In this document: one piece after another, positions 50,818 through 62,654 of the stretch
Layout: each line of letters begins with the position of its first letter
How positions within the stretch are numbered: the stretch's first letter is position 1
The notes under the pieces: generated by a model
Told to the model about the DNA's origin: nothing
The model's input: only the letters and a program-made list of their open reading frames with translations
Databases searched by the model: none
Translations under genes and position numbers: made by a program
Source of the DNA: Mobula hypostoma
Taxonomy: Eukaryota
Direction of reading: 5' to 3'
DNA: 64,000 nt
NCBI RefSeq assembly: GCF_963921235.1
Contig: NC_086097.1
Span: 49,106,001-49,170,000, forward strand

Positions 50818-53470
50818 GAATTGAATTGACTTTATTTTTTACATCCACGTACACGAGGAGTAAAAATTTTTACGTTACATCTCCGTCTAAATGTGCAATG
50901 TGCAATTTATATTAATTTATAATAAATTGTATGTATAGCAGGGCAGCCAATATAACATAGAAATACAATTGTATCAGCGTGACTTAATCAGTCTGATGGC
51001 CTGGTGGAAGAAGCTGTCCCAGAGCCTGTTGGTCCTGGCTTTTATGCTGTGGTACAGTGTCCCGGATGACAGCAGCTGGAACAGTTTGTGGTTGGGGTGA
51101 CTTGGGTCTCCAATGATCCTTCGGGCCTTTTTTAAGCACCTGTCTCTGTAAATGTCCTGAATACTGGGAAGTTCATATCTACAGATGTGCTGGGCTGTCC
51201 GCACCACTCTCTGCAGAGTCCTGCGATTGAGGGAAGTACAGCTCCCAGGCAGTGATACAGACAGTCAGGATGCTCTCAATTATGCCCCTGTAGAAAGTCC
51301 TTGGGATTTTTTTTTAGATTATGAGAGCACTTAGTCCTCTTTTACTGTCATTTAGAAATGCGTACATGCATTAAGAAATGATACAATGTTCCTCCAGAGT
51401 GATATCACAGAAAAACAGGACAAACCAAAGACTGACACTGACAGAACCACATAATTATAACATATAGTTACAGCAGTGCAAAACAAAACCATAACTTGAT
51501 AAAGAACAGACCATGGGCACGGTAAAAAAAAAGTCTCAAGTCCCGATTGACTCCTGAGTCCCCGATAGCAGGCGGCAAAAGGGAGAAACTCCCTGCCATA
51601 AACCTCCAGGCACCAACAACTTGCCAATGCATTAGAAGCACCCGACCACACCCAACATTGAGTCCGTCCATCCGAAAACTTCGAGCCTCCAACCAGCCCC
51701 TCCGATACAGCCTCCCAAGCACCATCCTCTGCCGAGCGCCTTCAACCTCGCCCCGGCCACTGAAACAAGCAAATCCGAGGATTCGGGGCCTTCTGCTCCG
51801 GAGATTCCGGTTACCACACAGTAGCAACGGCAGCGAAGCGGGCATTTCAGAAGTTTCTCTGGATGTTCCTCCATACTCTCACATCTGTCTCCATCAAATC
51901 AGGATTGTGCACGGTACCCTACTTGACAGATTACAGATATCATTCACTGGAGAGGCCACGTGTGCTGCATCGCGCCGCCATCTTCTCCTCCTCCTCTTTG
52001 GGGGACTCATGTCAAACTTCTTCAACCGTCTGAGGTGAAAGAAGAACCTTTGTGCTTTTTTCACCACACAGCCGGTATGCACAGACCACGTGAGATCCTT
52101 GATGATGTGTATGCCAAGGAACTTAAAGTTGTTCACCCTCTCAACCCCAGATCCATTGATGTCAATAGGGGTTTGCCTGTCTTCATTCCTCTTGTAGTCC
52201 ACAACAAGCTCTTTTGTTTTTTAGACATTGAAGGAGAGGTTGTTTTCTTGACACAACTGTGTCAGGGTGACGACTTCTTCTCTGTAGGCTGCCTTGTTAT
52301 TATTTGAGATAAGGCCAATCAATGTAGTGGCGTCAGCAAATTTAATTAGCAGATTGGAGCTGTGGGTGGCGACACAGTCATGGGTATACAGAGAGTAAAG
52401 AAGGGGGCTTAGGACACAGCCCTGAGGGGAACCTGTGTTGAGGGTCAGAGGGGCAGAGGTGAGGGAGCCCTCTCTTACCACCTGCTGCCGATCTGACAGG
52501 AAGTCCAGGATCCAGCTGCACAATACAGGGTGAAGACCAAGGTCTCTGATCTTCTTGTCGAGCCTGGAGGGAATTATGTGGTTGAGTGCTGAACTGTAAT
52601 CCAAGAACAGCATTCTCACATAAGCATCCTTCTTCTCGAGATGTGTAAGGACGGTGTGTAGAGCTGTGGCTATTGGATCATCTGGTGATCGGTTGTGTCG
52701 GTAAGCGAATTGTAGGGGGTCCAGTTTGGGTGGTAGCAAGCTGCAGATGTAGTCCTCGACCAGCCTCTCGAAGCATTTGCTTATTATTGAGGTGAATGCA
52801 ACAGGACGCCAGTTGTTCAGACATTTTACCTTGTTCTTTTTAGGGACGGGAACAATGGTGGATGTTTTGAAGCAGGAGGGCACTCTACATTGGGAGAGGG
52901 AGAGATTGAAAATGTCTGTAAACACACCTGCCAGTTGTGCCACGTATATCCTGAGTACCCACCCTGGGATGCCGTCCAGTTCCGCATCTTTGCAACTGTC
53001 CTTCTGTTGGAAACACCTGTGTACTTCAGCCTCAGAGATGACGAAGGTGCAGGTCGCTTTGGCAGCTCTCCTCGGGGGCTCAGTGTTGGCGACATTGAAC
53101 CGAGCGTAAAAAAAATTGAGCTCATCTGGGAGAGAGGCAGCAATGTTGGCAGCACCATTGTGCTTCGCTTTGATGTCTGCCATGCTGTGCAGACCTTGCC
53201 ATAAGCTGCATATGCTGTTTGGTGGAGAGTTGTGTCCGGATCTTGTCCCCATATTGTCGTTTCACTGCCTTGATGACTTTGCGTAGATCATAGCTGCCTT
53301 TCTTAAGTTCCTGTTGGTTACTGACTATGTAAGCAATGTCTCGTGTGATAAGTTCCGCTCGCACGGAACTGTTGATCCAGGGTTTCTGGTCTGGATAGAC
53401 CCTGACCGATTTCTGGACGACAACATCCTCGATACACTTCCAGATGAAGCTCGTTACCTCATCCGTGAAC
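50818..53470 (-). mobile_element. Rex1/Babar-clade retrotransposon (second family), interrupted at 51310-51997
   Basis: ORFs 52221..53252 ('FKTSTIVPVPKK', 'LDPLQFAYRHNRS', 'KFADAT'), 51894..52202 and 50974..51207 ('DPSHPNH'); 3' tail at about 50818-50835. Confidence 0.9.
51310..51997 (-). mobile_element. Unclassified ~690-bp non-coding retroposon inserted in Rex1
   Basis: Minus-strand 5' end 'agaggaggaggagaagatggcggcgcg'; CpG-rich body; A-rich 3' end at about 51307-51315; host Rex1 is collinear on both sides. Confidence 0.65.
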
Positions 53471-53834
53471 TGTCTGCGCAGTAGTTAGCACAATCCTCAA
53501 CTCAGGTGCTGTCTCTGTGAGTTTTGAAGACTTATTACTGGCTGTTCCAATTTTCTCCCACATTTCAAAGACATGCTGCCAGGTTAGCTGGCTGATATAA
53601 AATACATCTTGGTGGAGGTAATGGAAAAATAATCAAAGTGGAGTAGGAGGCCGTGTAACAAAGAATAAGCTTCAGAGAAACATACAGAAGTTGGCACAAT
53701 CCTGGTGGGTTTGTTCTTCTGGGACGTGCTACGACTTAATTAGTCAAACTTCTTTGGAGTTGCGATAAGTAAATAAATGGAAATGAAATCCTGTGTGAAC
53801 AGCAATAAACAATATTGCTACCAATGTGACTCAC

Positions 53835-53942
53835 CTGCTTGTTTATTTTGTTCGTCACCTTTATTGTAATTTCTTTTTCTAACTCTTCACCCTTTGCATC
53901 TGTTGATGTCAAATTCTTCACCTGAAGTTCAAAGGTAACAGG
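53835..53942 (-). CDS. KIF28: KIF28-like kinesin exon
   Basis: tttttttccatag|CCT...CAG|GTGAGT; 108 nt, phase 0 to 0; PVTFELQVKNLTSTDAKGEELEKEITIKVTNKINKQ. Confidence 0.88.
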
Positions 53943-55056
53943 CTATGGAAAAAAAAATATGTGCTATTAATTTGCTACTGCATTATTAAAAACAAATATA
54001 TTTCCCTTAACTTTTCACATACAAGATGTCACCCAGCGTCTTAAGGATTGTTTGTTGCCCCAAGGGTGCAAGCTGGGAAAATTCAGTGTTTCTACAAAAA
54101 TGTCACTATAATTAACTGCGAGCCAGTCAAGATGGCATTGACTATCTTTCACCCTTCTGGCAATGGGATTTCCCCTGATGGGAAATAATAGAATCAGGTT
54201 TTGTTTAATTTTATTTAAGAATACTAGCAGAAAGGTCACCAGGAGATTTCCCCCGCTTTTCTTTGAGTGGTATTTTAAGATATATTAAATTCATTTTGCT
54301 TCATGAAGTGCAAAATATTTGTCTGGAGATTCATGCCAAGTCAGAATTGCTTAAACTATTATATACTAGCATTGTAGGAAAATAAAATACAACTGCAATG
54401 TTGAAAATATTGAATAAAAGCAGAAAATGCTGTACATACTCATCAGACCAGAAAGAATTTGTGTGAAAGCATTTGACTTCAAAGATCCCTTATTGGAATT
54501 GGGAAGGAGAGGTTTTACTCTTCTTTGAAGTTCTGATGAAGGTCTTCAGTCTGATACAATAATTCTGTTCCTCTTTTCACCGATCCTGCCAGAACTTTTG
54601 AATTTTTACAGCGTTTTCTTCCTCATATTACCGTTATATTCTGCCTCCAAGATTCATTTCATCGAAGCCAGAAGAAACATATAACAAGCTGATAGGTCTA
54701 AATGCCACATGCAGTGCTAATGATCAGGGATTCATTTCTAGGTACTGACCTGAAAGATGGATTAGTGGCCATACCATTTTTGCTTGTGTTCTGTCGGATA
54801 TGCATCTTAAATTTTCAAGTTGCCGACTCAATAGGTATGGATAGTAATACTGAACTAAGTTCATCACCTAAATTGCACAGACTGGCAATCATTTGTAGGG
54901 GAACAAGTATCCTTGTCTCCATTTTATAGTGCAGGCCACATAAACTATGACAGCAATTTTGTATTTTTATGTTGGAAATCGTTGTGTTGAGGCAGGATTA
55001 AATTATGGAGACGGGATGTTTTTATTTGACTTCTTCAAGAAAAAGAGCAAATGTAC

Positions 55057-55169
55057 CCTGTTAAGTTCTTCACTTATTTGGTTCACTTGGGCTACCATAG
55101 GCATGATAGCAATAAAGTCATGGAAGATACGAGTCAAGTTAGGATTCATATTTTCTTTTTGTTTTCCAT
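55057..55169 (-). CDS. KIF28: KIF28-like kinesin exon
   Basis: ttatttgcag|AT...AGG|GTACAT; 113 nt, phase 1 to 0; (D)GKQKENMNPNLTRIFHDFIAIMPMVAQVNQISEELNR. Confidence 0.88.
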
Positions 55170-55259
55170 CTGCAAATAAAACAAGTATAAGATACAAATT
55201 AAATGTCAGCGGTAAAAACAAGTGTTCAATATCTAACTAGATATAAAACGGCAGACATA

Positions 55260-56543
55260 CAGTGGCATGAAAAAGTCTGGGCACTCCTGGTCAAAATTTC
55301 TGTTACTGTGAATAGCTTAGCAAGTAAAAGATGAACTGATTTCCAAAAAGCAGAAAGTTAAAGATGCCACATTTCTTTAATATTTTAAGCAAGAAAACTT
55401 TTTTATTTCCATCTTTTACAGTTTCAAAATAACAAAAAAGGAAAAGGACCCAAAGCAAAAGTTTGGGCACCCTGCATGGCAGTACTTAGTAACACCCCCT
55501 TTGGCAAGTATCAGAGCTTGTAATTGCTTTTTATAGCTCACTAAGAGTCTTTCAATTCTTGATTGGGGGATTTTCGCCCATTCTTCCTTGCAAAAGGCTT
55601 CCAGTTCTGTGAGATGCTTGGGCCGTCTTGTATGCACTGCTCTTTTGAGGTCTATCCACAGATTCTCGATGAGGTTTAGGTTGGGGGACTGTGAGGGCCA
55701 TGGCAAACTATGCAAAAGGTTCAAAGGAACATCTAAACAAGCCTGATGCATTTTGAAACAAGTCCTGTGGACTGATGAAGTTAAAATGGAACTTATTGGT
55801 CGAAATGAGCAAAGGTATGTTTGGAGAAAAAAGGGTGCAGAAGAACCCCTCTCCAACTGTTAAGCACGGGGGTGGATCGATCGTGCTTTGGGCTTGTGTT
55901 GCAGCCAGTGGCACGGGGAACATTTCACTGGTAGAGGGAAGAATGAATTCTATTAAATACCAGCAAATTCTGGAAGCAAACTTCACACTGTCTGTAAAAA
56001 AAGCCAAAGATGAAAAGAGGATGGCTTCTACAACAGGATAATGAACCTAAACACTCCTCAAAATCCACAACGGACTACCTCAAGAGGCACAAGCTGAAGG
56101 TTTTGCCATGGCCCTCACAGTCCCCCGACCTAAATATCATCGAGAATCTGTGGAGAGACCTCAAAAGAGCAGTGCATGCAAGATGACCCAAGAATCTCAC
56201 AGAACTAGAAGCCTTTTGCAAGGAAGAATGGGCAAAAATCCCCCAAACAAGAACTGAAAGACTCTTAGCTAGCTACAAAAAGCAATTACAAGTTGTGATA
56301 CTTGCAAAAGGGGGCGTTACTAAGTACTGCCATGCAGGGTGCCCAAACTTCTGCTTTGGGCCCTATTCTTTTTTTATTATTTTGAAACTGTAAAAGATAG
56401 AAATAAAAAAGTTTTCTTGCTTAAAATATTAAAGAAATGTGTCATCTTTAACTTTATGCCTTTTGGAAATCAGTTCATCTTTTACTCGCTTAGCTATTCA
56501 CAGTAACAGAAATTTTGACCAGGGGTGCCCAAACTTTTGCATG
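55260..56543. mobile_element. Rearranged Tc1-like transposon with two inverted 3' ends
   Basis: TA|CAGTGG left end; about 55266-55707 is the reverse complement of about 56102-56543, including 'WPSQSP.LN.IENLW'; centre carries 'VLWTDE', 'TVKHGGGSIVLW'. Confidence 0.9.
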
Positions 56544-56626
56544 TTCCTTGTGAGATTATACAGACAGGAACACGGGGGGAAAAGAGCAAGGATAAGTTTA
56601 ATTGAATTATTTTTAATTAAATGAAT

Positions 56627-56846
56627 AAGCCGGCTGGTGGCGTAGTGGCATCAGCGCCGGACTTCAGAGCGAAGGCTCCCGACTTTGAATCCAGCCGGCT
56701 CCCTTGCGCACTTTCCATCCGTGCTCGGTTGAGCGTCGAGCTAGCAACTTGGCCTCGTAAAAATAAGAAAGCCTGCTGAAAAAATGCTGTTTTGATGGTG
56801 TCCCGATAACTCCACTCGGAGTTAAGGGCTTTCTTCTTCTTCTTAC
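56627..56846 (+). mobile_element. tRNA-derived SINE with (TTC)n tail
   Basis: A-box TGGCGTAGTGG (56638-56648), B-box-like TTTGAATCC; tail ttcttcttcttctt; flanking repeat ATGAAT (56621-56626, 56847-56852). Confidence 0.75.
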
Positions 56847-57839
56847 ATGAATGCATTCATTTAAAAAAGAATTTTAGTGTTTTATTTTGTCTTTTCAAAG
56901 AAGTTAATAATTTTAAAATTTGTTTTAATGGTTTTAATAGACAATTTTAAATTGTGTGTTAATGCTTCTGAATCTCTGGAACACTCAACAGTGCTCAAGG
57001 CTCCTGAGTGCTGACAATAGCTTAAGTTTAGTTGATTCCAGCTGATTCATGGGGAGGGATTTTTTTTGCACAAGGGTCTCAATATTCCCAGTATTTGCAG
57101 CAAGCTGCTGGAAGTTGAACTGAAAACGGTGATATTCTCTTTATAATTGTTTGTTAATGGCAGACTCCAAGGAAAAGGAGAGGTCTTTGAGAAGTTGTGG
57201 CTTGTACCCACTCATAGCTCTCTCCCCACCCCCAACTTTTCTCCATCTAGCTCTGACAAGCCGGCTCACCTCCGTGAATATATGTTACAGATGAGAAGTC
57301 AAGTGCATGTGCCATGGAGCTTTCCAGACGGCTGATATTAGTCTGCTCCGTGATTCATCTGACAAAAGTGAGATGCTGACAGAAAGGGCTGATCAGTAGT
57401 GTAAGGGCAATTTTCCCTGGTTGGCAGATTCATGTGTCAGCCATCACTAGTGTTGTCACCTGTAGCCACAGAGCTGTGACGTTGACACTTGTTCTCCTTC
57501 AACAATTCAGAGTGGCATCTGCACCAGCACAGCTTTCTCTCAGAGGCCGTAATTTCAGTCTCTTATCTGCAGCTGTCAGAGACTCAGTCCATGGATAAGT
57601 GGATGCTAATTGATTTTGAGTGAATCTTAAGTCACAAGTAATAAAAACGAGAAGGAACCAAGATTGTTGAAAGAAACATATACAGGCAGATTGTAAATAA
57701 CAAAATATTGTCTGTTTCTGTTTTTCCCCAAAATGAATGAGATTTAATCACAAACTTAACTCTGACCCAAAGATTTGGTAAAAAATTTCTACAGAAAAGG
57801 TGGATATTAATTCATTATTATATTTATAATGGATCATAC

Positions 57840-57987
57840 CCAATTTCACCTGGCTGAAGCCTTCAGTAGACACCAGTTCAGAAGTAAAAAATTCATAATT
57901 GTATTTATGTATTTTATCTCTATCACTTTGTTCATGTGGAAAACCCACATATAGGAAGAAAGAACTGGATCCAATTATAATTCTGTC
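57840..57987 (-). CDS. KIF28: KIF28-like kinesin exon (end of FHA domain)
   Basis: cttttggcag|GAC...TTG G|GTATGA; 148 nt, phase 0 to 1; DRIIIGSSSFFLYVGFPHEQSDRDKIHKYNYEFFTSELVSTEGFSQVKL. Confidence 0.88.
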
Positions 57988-58874
57988 CTGCCAAAAGAGC
58001 AAAAATAAAATGATATGCATGTGATACAAAAGAAAAAAACATTCAACTTATATGATTTTAAGTGCAAAACATAATACATATTTGAAAATTTAAATATCTG
58101 AAAACAACTGCATCTGTGTCTTTGCTGGCTGTCAAGCACATTTAATGATTTCTTTTACAGTAACTGAGATCTGCACATGATCATGTAATGTCAACGAAGA
58201 TTTAAACTATAATTATTAGTGACATTTCTTGAAGAATTATATTTATATTGATCTTGAGCTTTGAATACACCAAGTTGCTAACATTTAGAATCCTTCCATC
58301 CACCGTCATCAGAGAAACTTTCTAGCGTGGTGTTGAAGCGTTCAAGTTTATACATGCTAAGTATTCAAGTCACCTGGTTAGCTTAGTGGCCAGCATTCTT
58401 GATTTCAAGTCAGAAGCTCGTGAGCTTGGATTCCATGACAGAAGCACCATCTGTGTTTGTTTCTCTAGTAAAGTTGTAAAGGTGTCTTGATATTATAGAT
58501 GTGGAAAGGATATTTCCTCTTGTGGGAGAATCTGGTATCACAGGGTCACTGATTTAAAATAATGCCAAATTTGAAATACAAATGAACCAAAAGATTTTCT
58601 TGCAGAGGACTGAAAGTCTTTGGAGCTTTCTCCAAAACTGAGTCTTTGGAATATTCTTAATTTAGAAATAGATACATTTTTGATAAGAAAAAAGGTGAAA
58701 GCCATGAAAGGAGAGCAGGAATGCAGAGTTGAATTTACGGTCAAATCAACAATAATTTTTAATGAATAACGAAGCACCTCTTCCTGCTTTTTATTCACAT
58801 GTTTGTGTGTGCAAACATATTACAGATGAGGAAATATATGATGTACCCCAAAGAAACAGACATACTATATGTTT

Positions 58875-59056
58875 AAAAATGCAAACACGCGGAAATCTGC
58901 AGATGCTGGAATTTCAAGCAACACACATAGAAGTTGTTGGTGAATGCAGCAGGCCAAGCAGCATCTCTAGGAAGAGTCTCGGCCCGAAACGTTGACTGTG
59001 CCTCTTCCGAGAGATGCTGTCCGGCCTGCTGCATTCACCAGCAAATTTTATGTGTG
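58875..59056. mobile_element. Palindromic Penelope-derived mini-element
   Basis: Inverted arms around 'gaagagtctcggcccgaaacgttgac'; 13-bp flanking repeat ATACTATATGTTT (58862-58874, 59057-59069). Confidence 0.8.
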
Positions 59057-59079
59057 ATACTATATGTTTGAATGCTTAC

Positions 59080-59203
59080 CAGATGTTTCAGCTGATGTTT
59101 ATTGAAAAGGATTCCTCCATTGACTCTAACCCTAGCCTGGCTTATAGGCTCAATTATCACTTTGCGCTCACAAACCGTTATCACTGCATGCCTGTCCAGA
59201 ATC
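59080..59203 (-). CDS. KIF28: KIF28-like kinesin exon (FHA domain)
   Basis: ccttcttag|G...CTG|GTAAGC; 124 nt, phase 2 to 0; ILDRHAVITVCERKVIIEPISQARVRVNGGILFNKHQLKHL (FHA H and VNG motifs). Confidence 0.9.
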
Positions 59204-60179
59204 CTAAGAAGGCAAACGCAGTCAATGTTCAGCACACTTTTTTAATAGCTATTTTCAATAACCTTTACCATTTGGTAGATCAGTTATCAACTTTCCATTC
59301 AATTACTTGTCTGTTACCTTTCAGAGGCTTACACTTGAGCCTTATCTTCAGATTTTCCCCCCCTTTCTTCATGGTGTTAAGTCACCCTTTGCTGTGCCTG
59401 CACACTCCCATGTATTTTGGTAAAGCAGGTTGGTGATCATGCTCCAAAGCAAGCTTGTTTGGAGAGGACTCTTTGCAATGAAAATAGGCATAATTTTTTG
59501 CGCCTTGTAATAATATTATACAGCAGATTTAATAATCAAATTATGAAGAAAAATTACATTGCAAGGCAGGCTTTCTTCTCATCTGCCTGTTTCTCTGTCC
59601 ATCTGTGATGGCGATCAAGAAGGACCTGCAAGAGCCAGGCAGATGACTCTTTATCCATACAAATGAAATATCCTATAATATAATTAGGATCCTGACTTCA
59701 GTCTTGTGTCATGTATATGTAGAAATGTGCTCTGCCCATGTGAACCTTAAAGGGCCTGTTGTTGGCAATGCAGAAATGGCCACATACAGTATTTTATATT
59801 TCTGGCACTAAAAATATTCTGCAGGTTATGCCTGGCCCAAATTGCTTGACTTAACCTCCAATCACTCACCTGGAGCTGTCACTGTAAGCCCGGTTAGACA
59901 ACATTACTGCATGATGGAATACATATTATACATTCAAAAAACATGCAAGCTACCTTGGAGCTTTCACTTGGCATTTGCAACTCATCTGTCAAATGAGACC
60001 TATGTGAGAAACTAGTGGCCACCTCTTCACTGATAGAATAGGCAGCCAGTCTATACACTCTGCAAGTAAAAAAATCTAACCATATGAATCCTTCTATAAT
60101 CTTCTGAACTGCTCTAAGCCTTCCTGTTATAATGTCAAACAAACAGTGGAAGATAATTCAATATATACTTTTTACTTAC

Positions 60180-60240
60180 CCAGGTCCTTTCAAGACAATG
60201 TCATGCTCTGAATTAACAGTGCGTCCTACTGCAGATGTGC
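60180..60240 (-). CDS. KIF28: KIF28-like kinesin exon (FHA start)
   Basis: aatgttttag|GC...CCT GG|GTAAGT; 61 nt, phase 1 to 2; (G)TSAVGRTVNSEHDIVLKGP(G) with the FHA 'GR' motif. Confidence 0.88.
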
Positions 60241-60670
60241 CTAAAACATTTAAAGAAATTTCTGGTTTCATCATTCTGTAGTTGTAATTATAGAACACTT
60301 ATTCATATTAGGCTCCTGCTCAGTATACAGAAAGAAATCAGCATATTCATTTGTAAAGAAGAGTTTGCTTTTCATCCAGTGACAGCAGAATTCCTTCTAA
60401 ATACTAAGTACAGTGTCAGGTTAAAATGGATGCAGTTCTATTTTCTTTGCTTTAACTCTTTGAAGCATGAACCAATCGCAAGTGTTTGAGAATTGTTAAA
60501 TACTTCAGCAGTCAAATGAAACAGATTTGATCCTTTCAAACTGTAACAAGCTTGTTTTACTGCCACAGCAACAATATAAGTGCATAAGATTAAAACACTT
60601 GAAGACTGATTAGTGTTACTCTTGGACCATTAGTTTTAGATAATGGAGTCTTTTTTAAAGCTTCACCTAC

Positions 60671-60761
60671 CATTATGAATAAAGTGTCGAATCACCCCGG
60701 ACAATTGGGGATCTTCATTAATGTTCAACAAATATGGAAATGCTGCCATCATCATCTCTTC
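60671..60761 (-). CDS. KIF28: KIF28-like kinesin exon (pre-FHA motif)
   Basis: attttcag|GAA...AAT G|GTAGGT; 91 nt, phase 0 to 1; EEMMMAAFPYLLNINEDPQLSGVIRHFIHN carries the kinesin-3 'P.L.N.NEDP..S' signature. Confidence 0.92.
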
Positions 60762-60929
60762 CTGAAAATAAAATTGGTCATTTACAGTTCTATACTCTAA
60801 TCTTTGCTGTATCAAAAAGCAAATTTAATTGCTGTTAAAATAGAGATCCATTTAAATGAGTATTCATTGATCCAAAACAGTTTTAGTCATAGTTTTATGA
60901 CCTTTCCACAAAAAGCTCAGTTGTTTTAT

Positions 60930-61080
60930 CAGAATCAGGTTTAATATCACTGGCATATGTCGTGAAATTTGTTAACTTTACTACAGCAGTACAATGAAAT
61001 ACATGATAAATAAATATAGAGAAATAAAGTGAATTACAGCAAGTATATATATTCTACTAAATAATTAAATTAAAATAAGT
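60930..61080 (-). mobile_element. Rex1-like 3' tail fragment (a similar one lies at about 61805-61990)
   Basis: 'agaatcaggtttaatatcactggcatatgtcgtgaaatttgtt' type tail. Confidence 0.5.
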
Positions 61081-61399
61081 TTTATAAAATAAAATTTATC
61101 TTGGTGTTCACTCTAGGAGAGAAGACTTGAAGTTGTTGAAACTTATTTTGCTTTGAAGCTATAGTAAATCTAAAGAACCTTTAAATAAGTCAATTCTATA
61201 TCATTTTTCAGTTTAGAAACCCTTACAAATGTGTTCTTATCTGCGTTACAAAAATGAAGTATTGGATGATAACATTATGTTGGAGATGATAGACCATTAC
61301 CAGTTTGGAATCCCAGTTGTAACAATGCTGTAGTAAACTGACCATGATATTTGATTGCTTTTGTAAAATAGATAGGTTATTAAATATTTGAATTATTAC

Positions 61400-61521
61400 C
61401 TTTGTAATAATGCTATATTGCTGTTCCCATTCCTTCCTTGCCTCTTCTAGCTTCTGTTGCCATGATTTCTGTATTTCTTTAACTTGTTGTTCATTTTCTA
61501 AAATTCGTTGTTTAAGCATCT
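61400..61521 (-). CDS. KIF28: KIF28-like kinesin exon (post-motor coiled coil); most 5' exon found in the window
   Basis: acaatccag|AG...AAG|GTAATA; 122 nt, phase 1 to 0; MLKQRILENEQQVKEIQKSWQQKLEEARKEWEQQYSIITK (kinesin-3 'SW..KL' coil). Confidence 0.88.
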
Positions 61522-62654
61522 CTGGATTGTAGGTAAAGTAACATATGTTCTCAATCAATGGCCCAAAACGCAAATGCAACTTAAGTCAAGTGTTACAATT
61601 AATAAACAGTAAATCACAGTAAAGAACTTGGCCTTTAGGCACTGAATGCACACTGACCATAAAGATCACTAGGCCTACTCTAATCTCATCTTTATTCTCC
61701 CCAATTTGCCATTCTATCATGCTAACCCTTTGGGATGCAGGAAAAAAAACATGAAGAACAAGCAGTCTCTATGCGAATAGCCCTGGAGAATGTGGTTGAA
61801 GCCAGAATCAGAATCGGAGTCAGAATCGGGTATAATATCACTGACAAATATTGCTTCCTAGCAGCAATGCAATGCAAGATATAAAAATTTCCGAAGTTAC
61901 AATAAATAAATAAGTGAATGTTGTGGAAAGAGGAATAAGAAGCTAACGTTTATGGGTTTGTGGGGAAGAAGCTGTTCCTAAAACGAGTTGTGTTAATAGA
62001 ATTTTTAGCTGTAACATATGCTCCATCCTCACATATCTTACAATTTACAACAGATTATGAAGCATGAAATCTCGAAAAAACAATTGATCAGGTCAAAGCT
62101 CTGCATTGCAGCGCACTCTTACCATTATCTGTTTAGCATTACTGAGGGAGGGGCTGTGGACTATAAAACGGGCAATGCAAAGAAACTCCAAGACCATTCA
62201 CATTTTCAATGATGGCAAAATCAGTTCATGAGAGCTACATGCTAGACATTTGAAAGAAAATTTCCATCTCAATCCTCATCATCATAAAGGCCAGAGTTTG
62301 GTTCACATCATATATATCAACAAGACCACTAGATATAGCAAAGGCTTTACGACCAGGCAAGATCCCAAATCTGAAGAACTGCATTCCAGAACCAGCTACG
62401 TCTCAAGCCTTGCTCTTCCAGTACATTTAAAATACTGTCAGGTATCTGACAATATAGAAAATTGTCTAAGTACATCTTACTTACAAAGGACAAGATAAAT
62501 TTAGTCTAGCTAATTACTTCTCTATCAGAAAGAAGGTGTTGGAAGGCATCATCAACAGCACTGTTATGCAACATTTCATTTCCAATGTCTAGTTTTGGTT
62601 TTGCACAGACTAAGTGGGTTCAGACCTAATCACAACCTTCATCCAATCATTAAT

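Noticed and set aside
51352..52038. ORFs of 80-163 aa in a GC-rich segment
   Set aside because: They lie inside a non-coding repeat insertion and are expected by chance at this GC content.
56630..56700. tRNA gene
   Set aside because: Imperfect B-box, no clean cloverleaf, and continuation into a SINE body with tail and TSD.
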